A stretch of 37,145 nucleotides of DNA, taken from contig CAXGWI010000022.1 in assembly GCA_964013405.1 (NCBI GenBank), forward strand, positions 1 through 37,145, read 5' to 3'. The stretch's first letter is position 1, and the number at the start of each line of letters is the position of its first letter. Shown here piece by piece: positions 9,066-16,999 of the stretch. A program made the translations under genes and the position numbers. This stretch comes from an uncultured Myxococcales bacterium (GTDB taxonomy: Bacteria > Myxococcota > UBA4151). The notes under the pieces are model-generated. The model ran no database searches and was not told the DNA's origin. It was given only the letters and a program-made list of their open reading frames with translations.

Positions 9066-10387
9066 GGGTTTAAGCGATCGATCGTGCGGGCGAAGGGGAT
9101 GGTTTCCCGCACGTGTTGGAGCCCGCAGACCCAGGCGACGGTCCGCTCAAGGCCCAGACCGAAGCCGGCATGGGGAACGCTGCCGTAGCGCCGTAGGTCG
9201 GTGAACCACGTAAAATCAGCGGGGTCCAACTGGTGGTGATCGATGGCGGCTTCCAGGACCTCAAGATTGTCTTCCCGTTGCCCACCGCCAATGATCTCGC
9301 CGTATCCTTCGGGGGCGAGCATATCCACACAGCGAGCCAAGCGAGGATCCCGCTCGCTGCGCTTCATATAGAACGCTTTCACCGCGTAGGGCCAATCGTA
9401 GACTTGAATGGGGCGGTCGTAGAGTTTGGTCAACTCGGTTTCATGCCGGCCACCGAAGTCGCTCCCCCACTCGATCGCGAGATGCTGCTTGGTTTCGGGG
9501 TCCTCGCACTCGGCATGGAGTCGCTGTAGGGTTTCGATGGCCTCATCATAAGAGATTCGGGGGAATCCACCCTCTGCGGTCTTTTCAAGAGCCGTGGTGT
9601 CCCGACCGAGCACCTCCCGTAACTCGTCGCCGTGCTTGTCGAGGACTTCGCCGATGATGGTGGCCATAAAGTCCTCGGCCAGATCCATATTATCATCGTT
9701 GTCGGCGAACGCGACCTCAGGCTCGATCATCCAGAACTCGGTGAGATGCCGTCGTGTTGCGGACTTCTCCGCCCGGAAGGTGGGACCAAAACAATAGGTC
9801 TTGCCGAAGGCCATCGCACCGGCCTCTTGGTAGAGCTGGCCGCTCTGGCTCAGGTAGGCCATCTTGCCGAAGTAGGGGGTCTCGAACAGTGTGCTGGTCC
9901 CCTCACAGGCGTTGGCTGTGAGTAAGGGCGAGTCGAACAACAAGAAGCCCCGGCTATCAAAGTAGTCCCGAATGGCCTTCACCAGGCTATGGCGCACCCG
10001 CAGCACCACGTGCTGCCGGCGAGAACGAATCCACAGGTGCCGGTGCTGCATGAGGAAGTCAGGGCCGTGTTCCTTCTTGCCAATGGGATACTCTTCGGCG
10101 CTGTGGACGACCTCCACACCTTTCACATGAAGTTCAAAGCCGAGCTTGCTGCGGGTGTCCGCAGCGACGGTGCCGGTGACGACCACGCTGCTCTCAAGGG
10201 GCAGGCGTTTGATCTGGTCGAAGAGGGTTTCGTCCACCTCTTCCCGGTTGAGGACCGCCTGGATGAATCCGCTTCCATCTCGGATCTGCATGAAGATGAA
10301 GCGTTTTGAACCTCGTCGGTTGAACATCCAGCCTCGCAGTTGGATGTCGCTACCTTCATGCTGGGCGATGTCTTCGATGCGAACCAC
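9062..10387 (-). CDS. asnS: Asparagine--tRNA ligase
   Basis: N-terminal OB-fold, HRHLWIRS, ACEGTSTLF, YLSQSGQLY.E, FGPTFRAEKS.TRRHLTEFWMIEPE, GEIIGG.QRE, PHAGFGLGLER. Confidence 0.97.
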   Translation of the reverse strand: MVRIEDIAQHEGSDIQLRGWMFNRRGSKRFIFMQIRDGSGFIQAVLNREEVDETLFDQIKRLPLESSVVVTGTVAADTRSKLGFELHVKGVEVVHSAEEYPIGKKEHGPDFLMQHRHLWIRSRRQHVVLRVRHSLVKAIRDYFDSRGFLLFDSPLLTANACEGTSTLFETPYFGKMAYLSQSGQLYQEAGAMAFGKTYCFGPTFRAEKSATRRHLTEFWMIEPEVAFADNDDNMDLAEDFMATIIGEVLDKHGDELREVLGRDTTALEKTAEGGFPRISYDEAIETLQRLHAECEDPETKQHLAIEWGSDFGGRHETELTKLYDRPIQVYDWPYAVKAFYMKRSERDPRLARCVDMLAPEGYGEIIGGGQREDNLEVLEAAIDHHQLDPADFTWFTDLRRYGSVPHAGFGLGLERTVAWVCGLQHVRETIPFARTIDRLNP

Positions 10388-10430
10388 GGCTGGCCTCCTC
10401 GGCCTCCGCTAGCCCACAACAGCCATCGAA

Positions 10431-11207
10431 TCAACGGGCGGCAGTGCGGCCTTTGCGATGAAGCTTGTAACTACCTTGGCTGCCCGTAAGATCGGCCTTC
10501 GCCTCGAAGTTGATCTCCTGGGTCCTTTGCGAACTGGTATTCCACTGCAGTTGTGCGTTGGCTGCATAGTCGCCCCGCAGCCAAACGCCGGGTACCGTCT
10601 CCCACTTCACTTTGCCTTCGATCCGGTACTCGATGGTCCAAATCGAACCGCTCACATCGATGACCTTGGCCCGAGTCAGCATAGTCTTTTCTACCTCGAG
10701 GTCGTGGCCAAGCAGGACCTCGCTCTGGGTGTCCCACGAGCCATTGGGCTTTGTGACCACCCCTGGCAGGGGCGCTACCACGACCACCATGCCATTTCGG
10801 AGGGCCCAGCGGGCCGAGTGAGCCGGTTCAGATCGGGCCCCTCGGCCATAGACGAAGGTGCCAGATTTTCGGCCCCGCTCGGAGATGAGGCCGGTGAGAA
10901 CGAGCCCTTGAATACCTGTGGCGAAGGCTTGGATTTGCTCCGGACTTAGATCCTCTCGTTTCAATGTTCCCCGGGCCACCTTTAAGCGCCAAATGGGATC
11001 TTTCTCATTACGCAAACGGCTGAACGAGAAGTCGGCGCTTACGGTCTGCTGGTAGTTTCGGTTTTTAGCCTCAGTGCCTGAAATCATGACGCTCTCATTC
11101 ACCACGGTGGAATAACCGTAGGCTTCTTCAGTCTCGATTTGGTGGGCGAGCATTTTGGCGCTGGCGCAACCGCTCAGCAGGAGAAGAGTGAGGGCGAATC
11201 GACGCAT
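10431..11207 (-). CDS. Hypothetical lipoprotein
   Basis: MRRFALTLLLLSGC lipoprotein signal and a beta-rich mature part. No family recognised. Confidence 0.7.
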   Translation of the reverse strand: MRRFALTLLLLSGCASAKMLAHQIETEEAYGYSTVVNESVMISGTEAKNRNYQQTVSADFSFSRLRNEKDPIWRLKVARGTLKREDLSPEQIQAFATGIQGLVLTGLISERGRKSGTFVYGRGARSEPAHSARWALRNGMVVVVAPLPGVVTKPNGSWDTQSEVLLGHDLEVEKTMLTRAKVIDVSGSIWTIEYRIEGKVKWETVPGVWLRGDYAANAQLQWNTSSQRTQEINFEAKADLTGSQGSYKLHRKGRTAAR

Positions 11208-11272
11208 CAGGGCTCCAGGCGCTCCCGGACTTCGCCCGCCGAAGCAAAGCCGTCAAGGGTTCGAGCGGGCCT

Positions 11273-11290
11273 TGTCATGATTTATTGACA
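11273..11290. promoter_or_regulatory. Inverted repeat TGTCA-N8-TGACA, candidate upstream activator site for a sigma54 enhancer-binding protein
   Basis: Perfect 5-bp arms with an AT-rich spacer, about 90-105 bp upstream of the -24 element. Confidence 0.45.
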
Positions 11291-11377
11291 GTTTTCCCTG
11301 AAGGCTTTTCGGCAACTGCAGCACAGACATCCTTAAGCTCATGAAATAACGGAAGAAAACACGCTTTATCGGCAAAA

Positions 11378-11393
11378 GGGCACGGCTTTTGCT
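11378..11393 (+). promoter_or_regulatory. Sigma54 (RpoN) -24/-12 promoter for the kinase gene
   Basis: GGGCACGGCTTTTGCT matches consensus TGGCACG-N4-TTGCW at all but the first base. GG at 11379-80 and GC at 11391-92 are separated by exactly 10 nt. It lies in the most AT-rich intergenic region of the window. Confidence 0.75.
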
Positions 11394-11421
11394 CCTTATT
11401 GGTTCGGTGCTGCGGTGCACT

Positions 11422-11477
11422 CGGTGACGCAAGGACGCGTGACCGCCATGGGCTTCGCCCGATCCCAAGGAGGGGAT
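11422..11477 (+). promoter_or_regulatory. 5' UTR with two AAGGA-loop hairpins (CsrA/RsmA-type sites); the second carries the Shine-Dalgarno
   Basis: CGGTGACGC-AAGGAC-GCGTGACCG (11422-11445, one mismatch) and ATCCC-AAGGAG-GGGAT (11462-11477). The ATG is at 11483. Confidence 0.6.
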
Positions 11478-11482
11478 AGACA

Positions 11483-12484
11483 ATGCATTTCTTACGACGG
11501 ATTTTTCGTGGAGAGCCGGCTTCCGGCCTCGACAATTATCGGCTTCGACGCCGTTTGGCCGTCGGTGGTATGGGGGAGGTTTGGCTCGCTCAGGACCCCG
11601 AAGGGCGACCAGTGGTGGTGAAACGCACCCTGGACAGTGACGATCAGGCGGTTCTCGAACTTTGCATGGCCGATGAGATTCGCAACATGGCGGCCTTGGA
11701 TCACCCATCGATCCCGGCCCTCTTGGATGCCGGTGAGCATGATGGCCGGCAGTTCCTCGTCTTAGAGCACATCCGTGGCGACTCGCTCTGGCGTTTGAGT
11801 CGTCTCGCCCAGGCTGCCGGTCACCGCCTCCCCGATGGTTTGATCCTGCGGATCGGCGCCGGCATTGCCGAGGCCCTAGCCCACGCCCACAGCCGCCGGG
11901 ATGAGACAGGTCGTCTGCTTCATTTGGTCCACCGAGATGTCACACCTGAAAACATCATGATCACCCATCGAGGTGAGGTGAAGTTGATCGACTTCGGCGT
12001 TGCTCACAGCACCCTGAATGAGCGCGTCACGGCACCGGGTTCCATCTACGGAAAAGTGGCCTATAACAGCCCGGAGCAGGTGCTAGATGGTCCGGTCAGC
12101 GAGGCCACCGACCAGTTTCAACTGGGTGTTGTCCTTTGGGAGTTGTTCTCGGGTCATCGCCTGTTTGCCGGTGGGTCCTTGGCGACGGTGATCAACCGGA
12201 TCGCCAGTGAAAGCGCCCAGGAATTAGAACATTTTCGACCGGACCTTTCGGTGGCGATCACCGACACCGTGATGCGTTGCCTCGCCTTCCATCCCGAGGA
12301 TCGGCACGAGGGTTGTGACCAATTGGCTTATCGCCTGGGGAAGCTGGCCGAGATCATGGACGCCGTTGAGGGCAGCAACTATGCCAGCTGGCGGGCGACG
12401 CTCATGGCCCAGGGGCTTGACCCCCAACGGCTGCCTTCCGCAGCCGCCCAGCGGACGGAACCCACGCTGCCCCAGGCGGCCTAA
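11483..12484 (+). CDS. Eukaryotic-like (Hanks-type) Ser/Thr protein kinase, cytoplasmic, kinase domain only
   Basis: GGMGEV, VVVK, helix-C Glu, HRDVTPEN, DFG, GKVAYNSPEQ, TDQFQLG and conserved Arg (PEDR). No TM or sensor domain. Confidence 0.93.
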   Translation: MHFLRRIFRGEPASGLDNYRLRRRLAVGGMGEVWLAQDPEGRPVVVKRTLDSDDQAVLELCMADEIRNMAALDHPSIPALLDAGEHDGRQFLVLEHIRGDSLWRLSRLAQAAGHRLPDGLILRIGAGIAEALAHAHSRRDETGRLLHLVHRDVTPENIMITHRGEVKLIDFGVAHSTLNERVTAPGSIYGKVAYNSPEQVLDGPVSEATDQFQLGVVLWELFSGHRLFAGGSLATVINRIASESAQELEHFRPDLSVAITDTVMRCLAFHPEDRHEGCDQLAYRLGKLAEIMDAVEGSNYASWRATLMAQGLDPQRLPSAAAQRTEPTLPQAA

Positions 12485-13794
12485 AGAAGGTTCGCCGCGG
12501 CCTCGGCCAACTCGCTGCGCTCGCCTCGCATCAGGGAGACGTGAGCGGCCAGATGGCTTTCCTTAAAGCGCTTCACCGCGTGGACTAAGCCATTGTTGGA
12601 GAAGTCCAAATAGGGGTGGTCGATCTGATAGGGGTCGCCGGTGAGAATGACTCGCGTGCCTTCGCCAGCCCGAGTGACGATGGTTTTCATTTCGTGAGGC
12701 GTGAGGTTCTGGGCTTCGTCGATCAAGAGCACCTGATTGGGGATGGAGCGGCCACGAATATAGCTGAGGGCTTCGATCTCCAAGAGGCCCTGGTCGATGA
12801 GCTCGTGGGCCCCTCGACCCTTGCGGATTTGATCCCCCGTGAGCCCCATCAGGAATTGGACGTTGTCGAAGATGGGCTGCATCCAGGGTTGGAGTTTCTC
12901 TTCGAGCGTTCCCGGAAGATAACCAAGGTCCTTGCCAAGGCTGATCACGGGCCTCGCGACGATGAGCTTGTTTGCGCTGCGCTCCTCTGTGACCGATTGG
13001 AGCCCGGCAGCGATGGCCAGCAGGGTCTTTCCTGTGCCGGCTTTCCCCACCAGAGTGACCAGTTTGATGCGGTGATCTGAGAGGGCGGCCAAGGCCAGTT
13101 TTTGTTCACGGTTTCGGGGGAGAAGCCCCCACATGTCTCGAGTCTGTCGATCGACAGGACGGATCCGGTCCTCAAATGGACAGAACTTCGCCAAGGCTTG
13201 TTGGCGGGAATCCGAGGCAGAGAGTTGTAGGAAACAATGGGGAGCGAAGCGCTCGCCGAGCGCTTCAGGGTCGAGGCTGCCCTGCTCGTAGAGTTGGTCG
13301 ATGATCGACCCCTCTACCTCCCGGGACTCCATGCCAGCGTACAATTCGTCTTGTTCGATGTGGTTCTGGTCGAAGTCTTCGGCGCTGATACCCAGGGCAT
13401 CGGCTCGAACCCTTAGCGTGATGTCCTTGGAGACCAGCGTTGTTTCCGAGCCGTCGTCGGTTTTGAGCAGGTCCATCGCCGTCGCGAGAATCCGATTGTC
13501 GGCGCTGTCTGCTTTGCGCCACTCCTTGGGAAGTTCGGTGTTCGTCACCGCAATGCGCAGCGTCCCGCCTTCACGCAGGGGGACACCTTGGGCGATTTGG
13601 CCTTTGCGTCGCAGGGCATCGAGGTAGCGAGCAGCCTGGCGGGCGCTACGGCCTAACTGGGTCGAGTCGCGCTTAAAGTTGTCGATCTCTTCGACCACCG
13701 TGATGGGGACCACCACGTTGTTGTCTTCGAAGGCGAAGAGCGCCTCGGGGGAATGGAGCAGGACATTGGTATCAAGTACGAAGTTCTTCTTCAC
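12481..13794 (-). CDS. PhoH-family ATPase/RNA helicase with N-terminal PIN domain (PhoH2/YlaK type)
   Basis: PIN motifs VLDTNVLL, EEID, DNRIL and SKD. PhoH motifs PRNREQ, GKAGTGKTLLA, GYLPG, YIRGRS, DEAQN, TGDPYQID and ERS. Probable GTG start at 13794 after GAGGG (alternative 13815). Confidence 0.92.
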   Translation of the reverse strand: MKKNFVLDTNVLLHSPEALFAFEDNNVVVPITVVEEIDNFKRDSTQLGRSARQAARYLDALRRKGQIAQGVPLREGGTLRIAVTNTELPKEWRKADSADNRILATAMDLLKTDDGSETTLVSKDITLRVRADALGISAEDFDQNHIEQDELYAGMESREVEGSIIDQLYEQGSLDPEALGERFAPHCFLQLSASDSRQQALAKFCPFEDRIRPVDRQTRDMWGLLPRNREQKLALAALSDHRIKLVTLVGKAGTGKTLLAIAAGLQSVTEERSANKLIVARPVISLGKDLGYLPGTLEEKLQPWMQPIFDNVQFLMGLTGDQIRKGRGAHELIDQGLLEIEALSYIRGRSIPNQVLLIDEAQNLTPHEMKTIVTRAGEGTRVILTGDPYQIDHPYLDFSNNGLVHAVKRFKESHLAAHVSLMRGERSELAEAAANLL

Positions 13795-13827
13795 CGTTTC
13801 AACCCTCGGCGCCACCGTGGCGCATGG

Positions 13828-14130
13828 CTAACGGAGGATGACTTCGACTTCATCGTCGCCGATGACGCCGAGCTCCTCCCTTATGAGTTTCTCTCGATGG
13901 GGGGTGACCAAGGCCCCTTCGGCCAGATCTGCGCTTTGCAGATCCACCCACTTTTCAAACTGGCGTGCTTGGTCCCGAGCCCGATCTCGTTCTCGTCGCA
14001 GTTCATCTAACTGGCGCTGTTTTTTGTCCACCGCCGTAAATCCACCGTCGCCAACGAGGGCCAATGCGGAGACGCCAAGAGCTGCCAGAACGCTGGCAAG
14101 CATCAGGGTGCGGCGGTGGGATAGAAGCAT
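13828..14130 (-). CDS. FtsB/DivIC-like septum formation initiator family protein
   Basis: About 100 aa from the ATG at 14130. Single TM ending GDGG, a coiled coil, then EKLIREELGVIGDDE, resembling the FtsB ExxAReeLGmvkpgE motif. Confidence 0.7.
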   Translation of the reverse strand: MLLSHRRTLMLASVLAALGVSALALVGDGGFTAVDKKQRQLDELRRERDRARDQARQFEKWVDLQSADLAEGALVTPHREKLIREELGVIGDDEVEVILR

Positions 14131-14251
14131 AAGCGCTCGGATTCTCTCTTCTCTAAAAACGGCCGATCCAGGGAATCTCTTTAGCGGACCTCGGCCTGGG
14201 GGCCAAGACACCTTGTGACGGCCTACGGGTTTCGCGGCTATAAGGCTGGTG

Positions 14252-16264
14252 ATGAAGAAACTCAGCCAAGCTTCTATTGCCTTTTTGCTCGTCGCCTGCC
14301 CGGGGGAGCCTGACCCAGCCAATCGGGGGCCTGCCAATGGCATCTTGAACCTTCAAGGGGTTGATGCCCCCGGTGTTTTCGAGGTCACGGGCTCGTCGGG
14401 ACCCTTCTCCTATGACTGTAACGAAGGCAGTCAGGGGGATGCCTTGGTGCTCAACTCCCTTTGGTTGGCGTCCCGCGATCTACCCGACCTCCAAGGGGAA
14501 TGTCGGTTGGTGGCCGAGGGGGTGGAGCCAAGTCCCTACGTTCAGATCCGGCCGGGCCAACTCGAAGCCCAGCGGCAACGCATCGATCCGAGGGGCGATG
14601 GTGGCATGGGGCCTTGGGAGGTGAGGGCCGTGGACAGTGCTCTGGCCGAACTGTTGGCCGATCCTGCCTTGGCCGCGCTCGCTTGGAATGACGCCGAAGG
14701 TCAACTGCACGTCCTGAGCGCATCGGGCCATTTACAGGTGGAACGGGTCTGGGCGGCGGGTCGCAGCACCTTTCGTGCCCAAACACTCGACGGTGAGGAT
14801 CCCTGTCGTGCTTTGGAGATTGAGCACTGTGTCGAGCGGTTGATGGCATTCTTTGAGTCACCGGATGCACCAGATGCCCTTGTTTTACCCCATCCCGATG
14901 CGCAAGCAGATGGGATGCTCGGGCGGACGACGGGGTGGAAGCGAGGCCAGGCCCGGGTGCCCTTGCTCGTTTGGGGGCAAGGGCAAGGCAGCAGCGATCT
15001 CGGTGCCGCTGAGGGGGTCGATTTGGCCTTAGCCGTGGCCCGCAGTCTGGGCCGAACAAGGGGCTTAGGCTACGGCCCGGATGGGGCCCTCGATGAAGTT
15101 TATCTCCCCCGTCAGGACGGTGCGGTGGTCGAAGGTCTCATCCCGGAGGCCAGTGATCGAGTGGTCGTGCTCGTGATCGAAGGCTTGAGCCAGGCCACCT
15201 GGGCGTCCCAAAGGGCCCAACTGCCGGGGCTTTCTCGCGTGGCCCAGGAGGGTGTCGAATCGACGGAAGGTCTGCTGGGTGCCCTCACCGGCGCGGCGAC
15301 CCCAGCTTTTGCTACCCTCATCACCGGCGCCCGTGGGGGACACCACGGATTGATCGGTGATCGGTACTGGATGCGCAGTGAGAAGCGAACTCAAGACCTT
15401 GCCATGGGGATTTCCGGTGATTTGGAAGGCGTCCAAGGCGCCCTGTTGCGGCGTCCCAGCGAGTCCCTTTTTACCCTCCTAGGCGGCAGCGAGCGGTGGA
15501 TGGTTGCCCTCGGCTCCGCCCCCTGCCTCGAGGTGGAAAGCTGCACTGCAACCGGACGGGGGCCGGCCGCCAACAAGTGGCGGCGGATCCCAGAGGAAGC
15601 AGCCTATGCCGCCCTGCCCCAGCCACCCGAGTGGAGCGTGGCGGAAAGCAGCGGCGATTGGGAAGACAGTGTGATCATGACCGAATATGCTCGGCGGCTC
15701 GTCCTGGGCTTGGGTCACCCGCAGCGGCCCTATCTCATGGTGGCGGGTCTTCCTGGTTACCGGCGCATGGCCGAACGCTACGGACCTCAGAGCAGCCAGG
15801 CTCTCGAGATGCTCAGCGCCATCGATGGTATCCTCGCCCGGTTGGTCGATGAGATGGTGACGCGCCAGTTAAATGAGCAAGTCACGGTGGTCATCACCGC
15901 CGATGCGCCCGTGATCCAAAGCGACCCTCAACGCCCCTTGCCCCCTTGGTGGATGGAGGGGGTGGTCGCCCCTGGCATTCGGGCCATCAACGGCCAACTT
16001 TACGTCAACGCCTTGGCCATGGAGCGAACGGTCGACAACGGCTTTGTCAGCCTTGAGATTACCGATGCCGATGCCCCGGGGGAGCCCCTCAATAGCGTCA
16101 GTGTGACCCTCTACAATGGCGCCGGCGAGGAACTCGCCCAGCATTTCCCCAATGCGGATGGGAGCATCACCTTTGCCAGTCCCAACGACCGAGAAACCTA
16201 TGGGGTGGCCCGGGTGGAGGACTTCGCAGATCTTCGGGTGAGCAATACGGAGCTTCGCCGCTAG
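14252..16264 (+). CDS. Alkaline phosphatase superfamily (NPP/phosphodiesterase-like) lipoprotein, permuted and apparently degenerate
   Basis: Lipobox LVAC. Fold motifs VVVLVIEGLS, ATLITGA..GHHGLIGD, YGPQS, IDGILARL, TVVITAD, ARVPLLVWG and VDLA. Metal ligands are substituted (see findings). Confidence 0.7.
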   Translation: MKKLSQASIAFLLVACPGEPDPANRGPANGILNLQGVDAPGVFEVTGSSGPFSYDCNEGSQGDALVLNSLWLASRDLPDLQGECRLVAEGVEPSPYVQIRPGQLEAQRQRIDPRGDGGMGPWEVRAVDSALAELLADPALAALAWNDAEGQLHVLSASGHLQVERVWAAGRSTFRAQTLDGEDPCRALEIEHCVERLMAFFESPDAPDALVLPHPDAQADGMLGRTTGWKRGQARVPLLVWGQGQGSSDLGAAEGVDLALAVARSLGRTRGLGYGPDGALDEVYLPRQDGAVVEGLIPEASDRVVVLVIEGLSQATWASQRAQLPGLSRVAQEGVESTEGLLGALTGAATPAFATLITGARGGHHGLIGDRYWMRSEKRTQDLAMGISGDLEGVQGALLRRPSESLFTLLGGSERWMVALGSAPCLEVESCTATGRGPAANKWRRIPEEAAYAALPQPPEWSVAESSGDWEDSVIMTEYARRLVLGLGHPQRPYLMVAGLPGYRRMAERYGPQSSQALEMLSAIDGILARLVDEMVTRQLNEQVTVVITADAPVIQSDPQRPLPPWWMEGVVAPGIRAINGQLYVNALAMERTVDNGFVSLEITDADAPGEPLNSVSVTLYNGAGEELAQHFPNADGSITFASPNDRETYGVARVEDFADLRVSNTELRR

Positions 16265-16986
16265 TCAGCGAGCCAGCCGGCGTAGATCAGGCGCAATGCG
16301 AGCAGGCTGAGGACGACTCGGTAGATCAAGACGAAGCGTTGCGGGCTCATGCGGGCATTCAAGGCTTTGCCGATCCAGGTGCCGACGATGACGGCGATCA
16401 GCAGGGGCAAGAGCAGGTCCCAGTAGGCCGTAAAGGCGAAGCCGATCCCACTAAAGACGCCAATTTTGATGAGGTGGATGGCGCTTTGGCAGGCCGCTTT
16501 GCTGCCGACGACTTCTTCTTTCTTCCATGTTGAGCGTAAAAAGAAGGGGGCGACGAGGGGGCCAACGGCACCGATGACCACGCCAAAAATACCAGCGAGG
16601 GTCCCGGCGATTCCCATGGAGACCCGTTCCGGCAAGATGTCGAGCCCACCTTTAGGAGCCCAGGTCGCAGCGAGCACCACAAGCCCGATCAGTCCTTTCG
16701 TCGCAATGGGATCCAGTTGGTCGACGATCTGCAGGCCGATCCAGGGCATCGGCAGGCTGATAGCGATAAACAGAGCCGCCGACCGCCAGCGCACCGTTTT
16801 TCGGTAGGCCGCGACCCGGGTGACGTTCGACGTTAGTTGGACGACGGCATGAAGCGGGATCGCTACAGCCGGTGAGAGGCCGGCGAGAAGCATCACAGTG
16901 AGCAGCAGGATGCCCCCTGCCATGCCGATCATGCCACTGATGATGGCAGCGACCAGCGCGGCAAGGGTGAGGGTGACAGTCAGCAT
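16261..16986 (-). CDS. TauE/SafE (TSUP) family sulfite exporter
   Basis: ISGMIGMAGGILL N-terminal motif, internal repeat GIFGVVIGAVGPL, about 8 TM helices. Confidence 0.9.
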   Translation of the reverse strand: MLTVTLTLAALVAAIISGMIGMAGGILLLTVMLLAGLSPAVAIPLHAVVQLTSNVTRVAAYRKTVRWRSAALFIAISLPMPWIGLQIVDQLDPIATKGLIGLVVLAATWAPKGGLDILPERVSMGIAGTLAGIFGVVIGAVGPLVAPFFLRSTWKKEEVVGSKAACQSAIHLIKIGVFSGIGFAFTAYWDLLLPLLIAVIVGTWIGKALNARMSPQRFVLIYRVVLSLLALRLIYAGWLAD

Positions 16987-16999
16987 GGGGGCCGGGATA

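Noticed and set aside
11208..11482. tRNA, riboswitch or small ORFs in the AT-rich intergenic region
   Set aside because: No cloverleaf or known aptamer was recognised. The short ORFs lack RBS or motifs, and the region is explained by promoter and leader elements.
11483..13815. Kinase plus PIN-PhoH as a toxin-antitoxin or anti-phage module
   Set aside because: The genes are convergent rather than operonic, PIN-PhoH is a widespread housekeeping-type gene, and there is no antitoxin or defence-island context.
14131..14343. Long ORF-track N-termini of the FtsB-like gene (likewise at 2394, 8120, 23913 and 34894)
   Set aside because: They overlap neighbouring genes. Downstream starts give proper signal peptides or coupled stop/start junctions.
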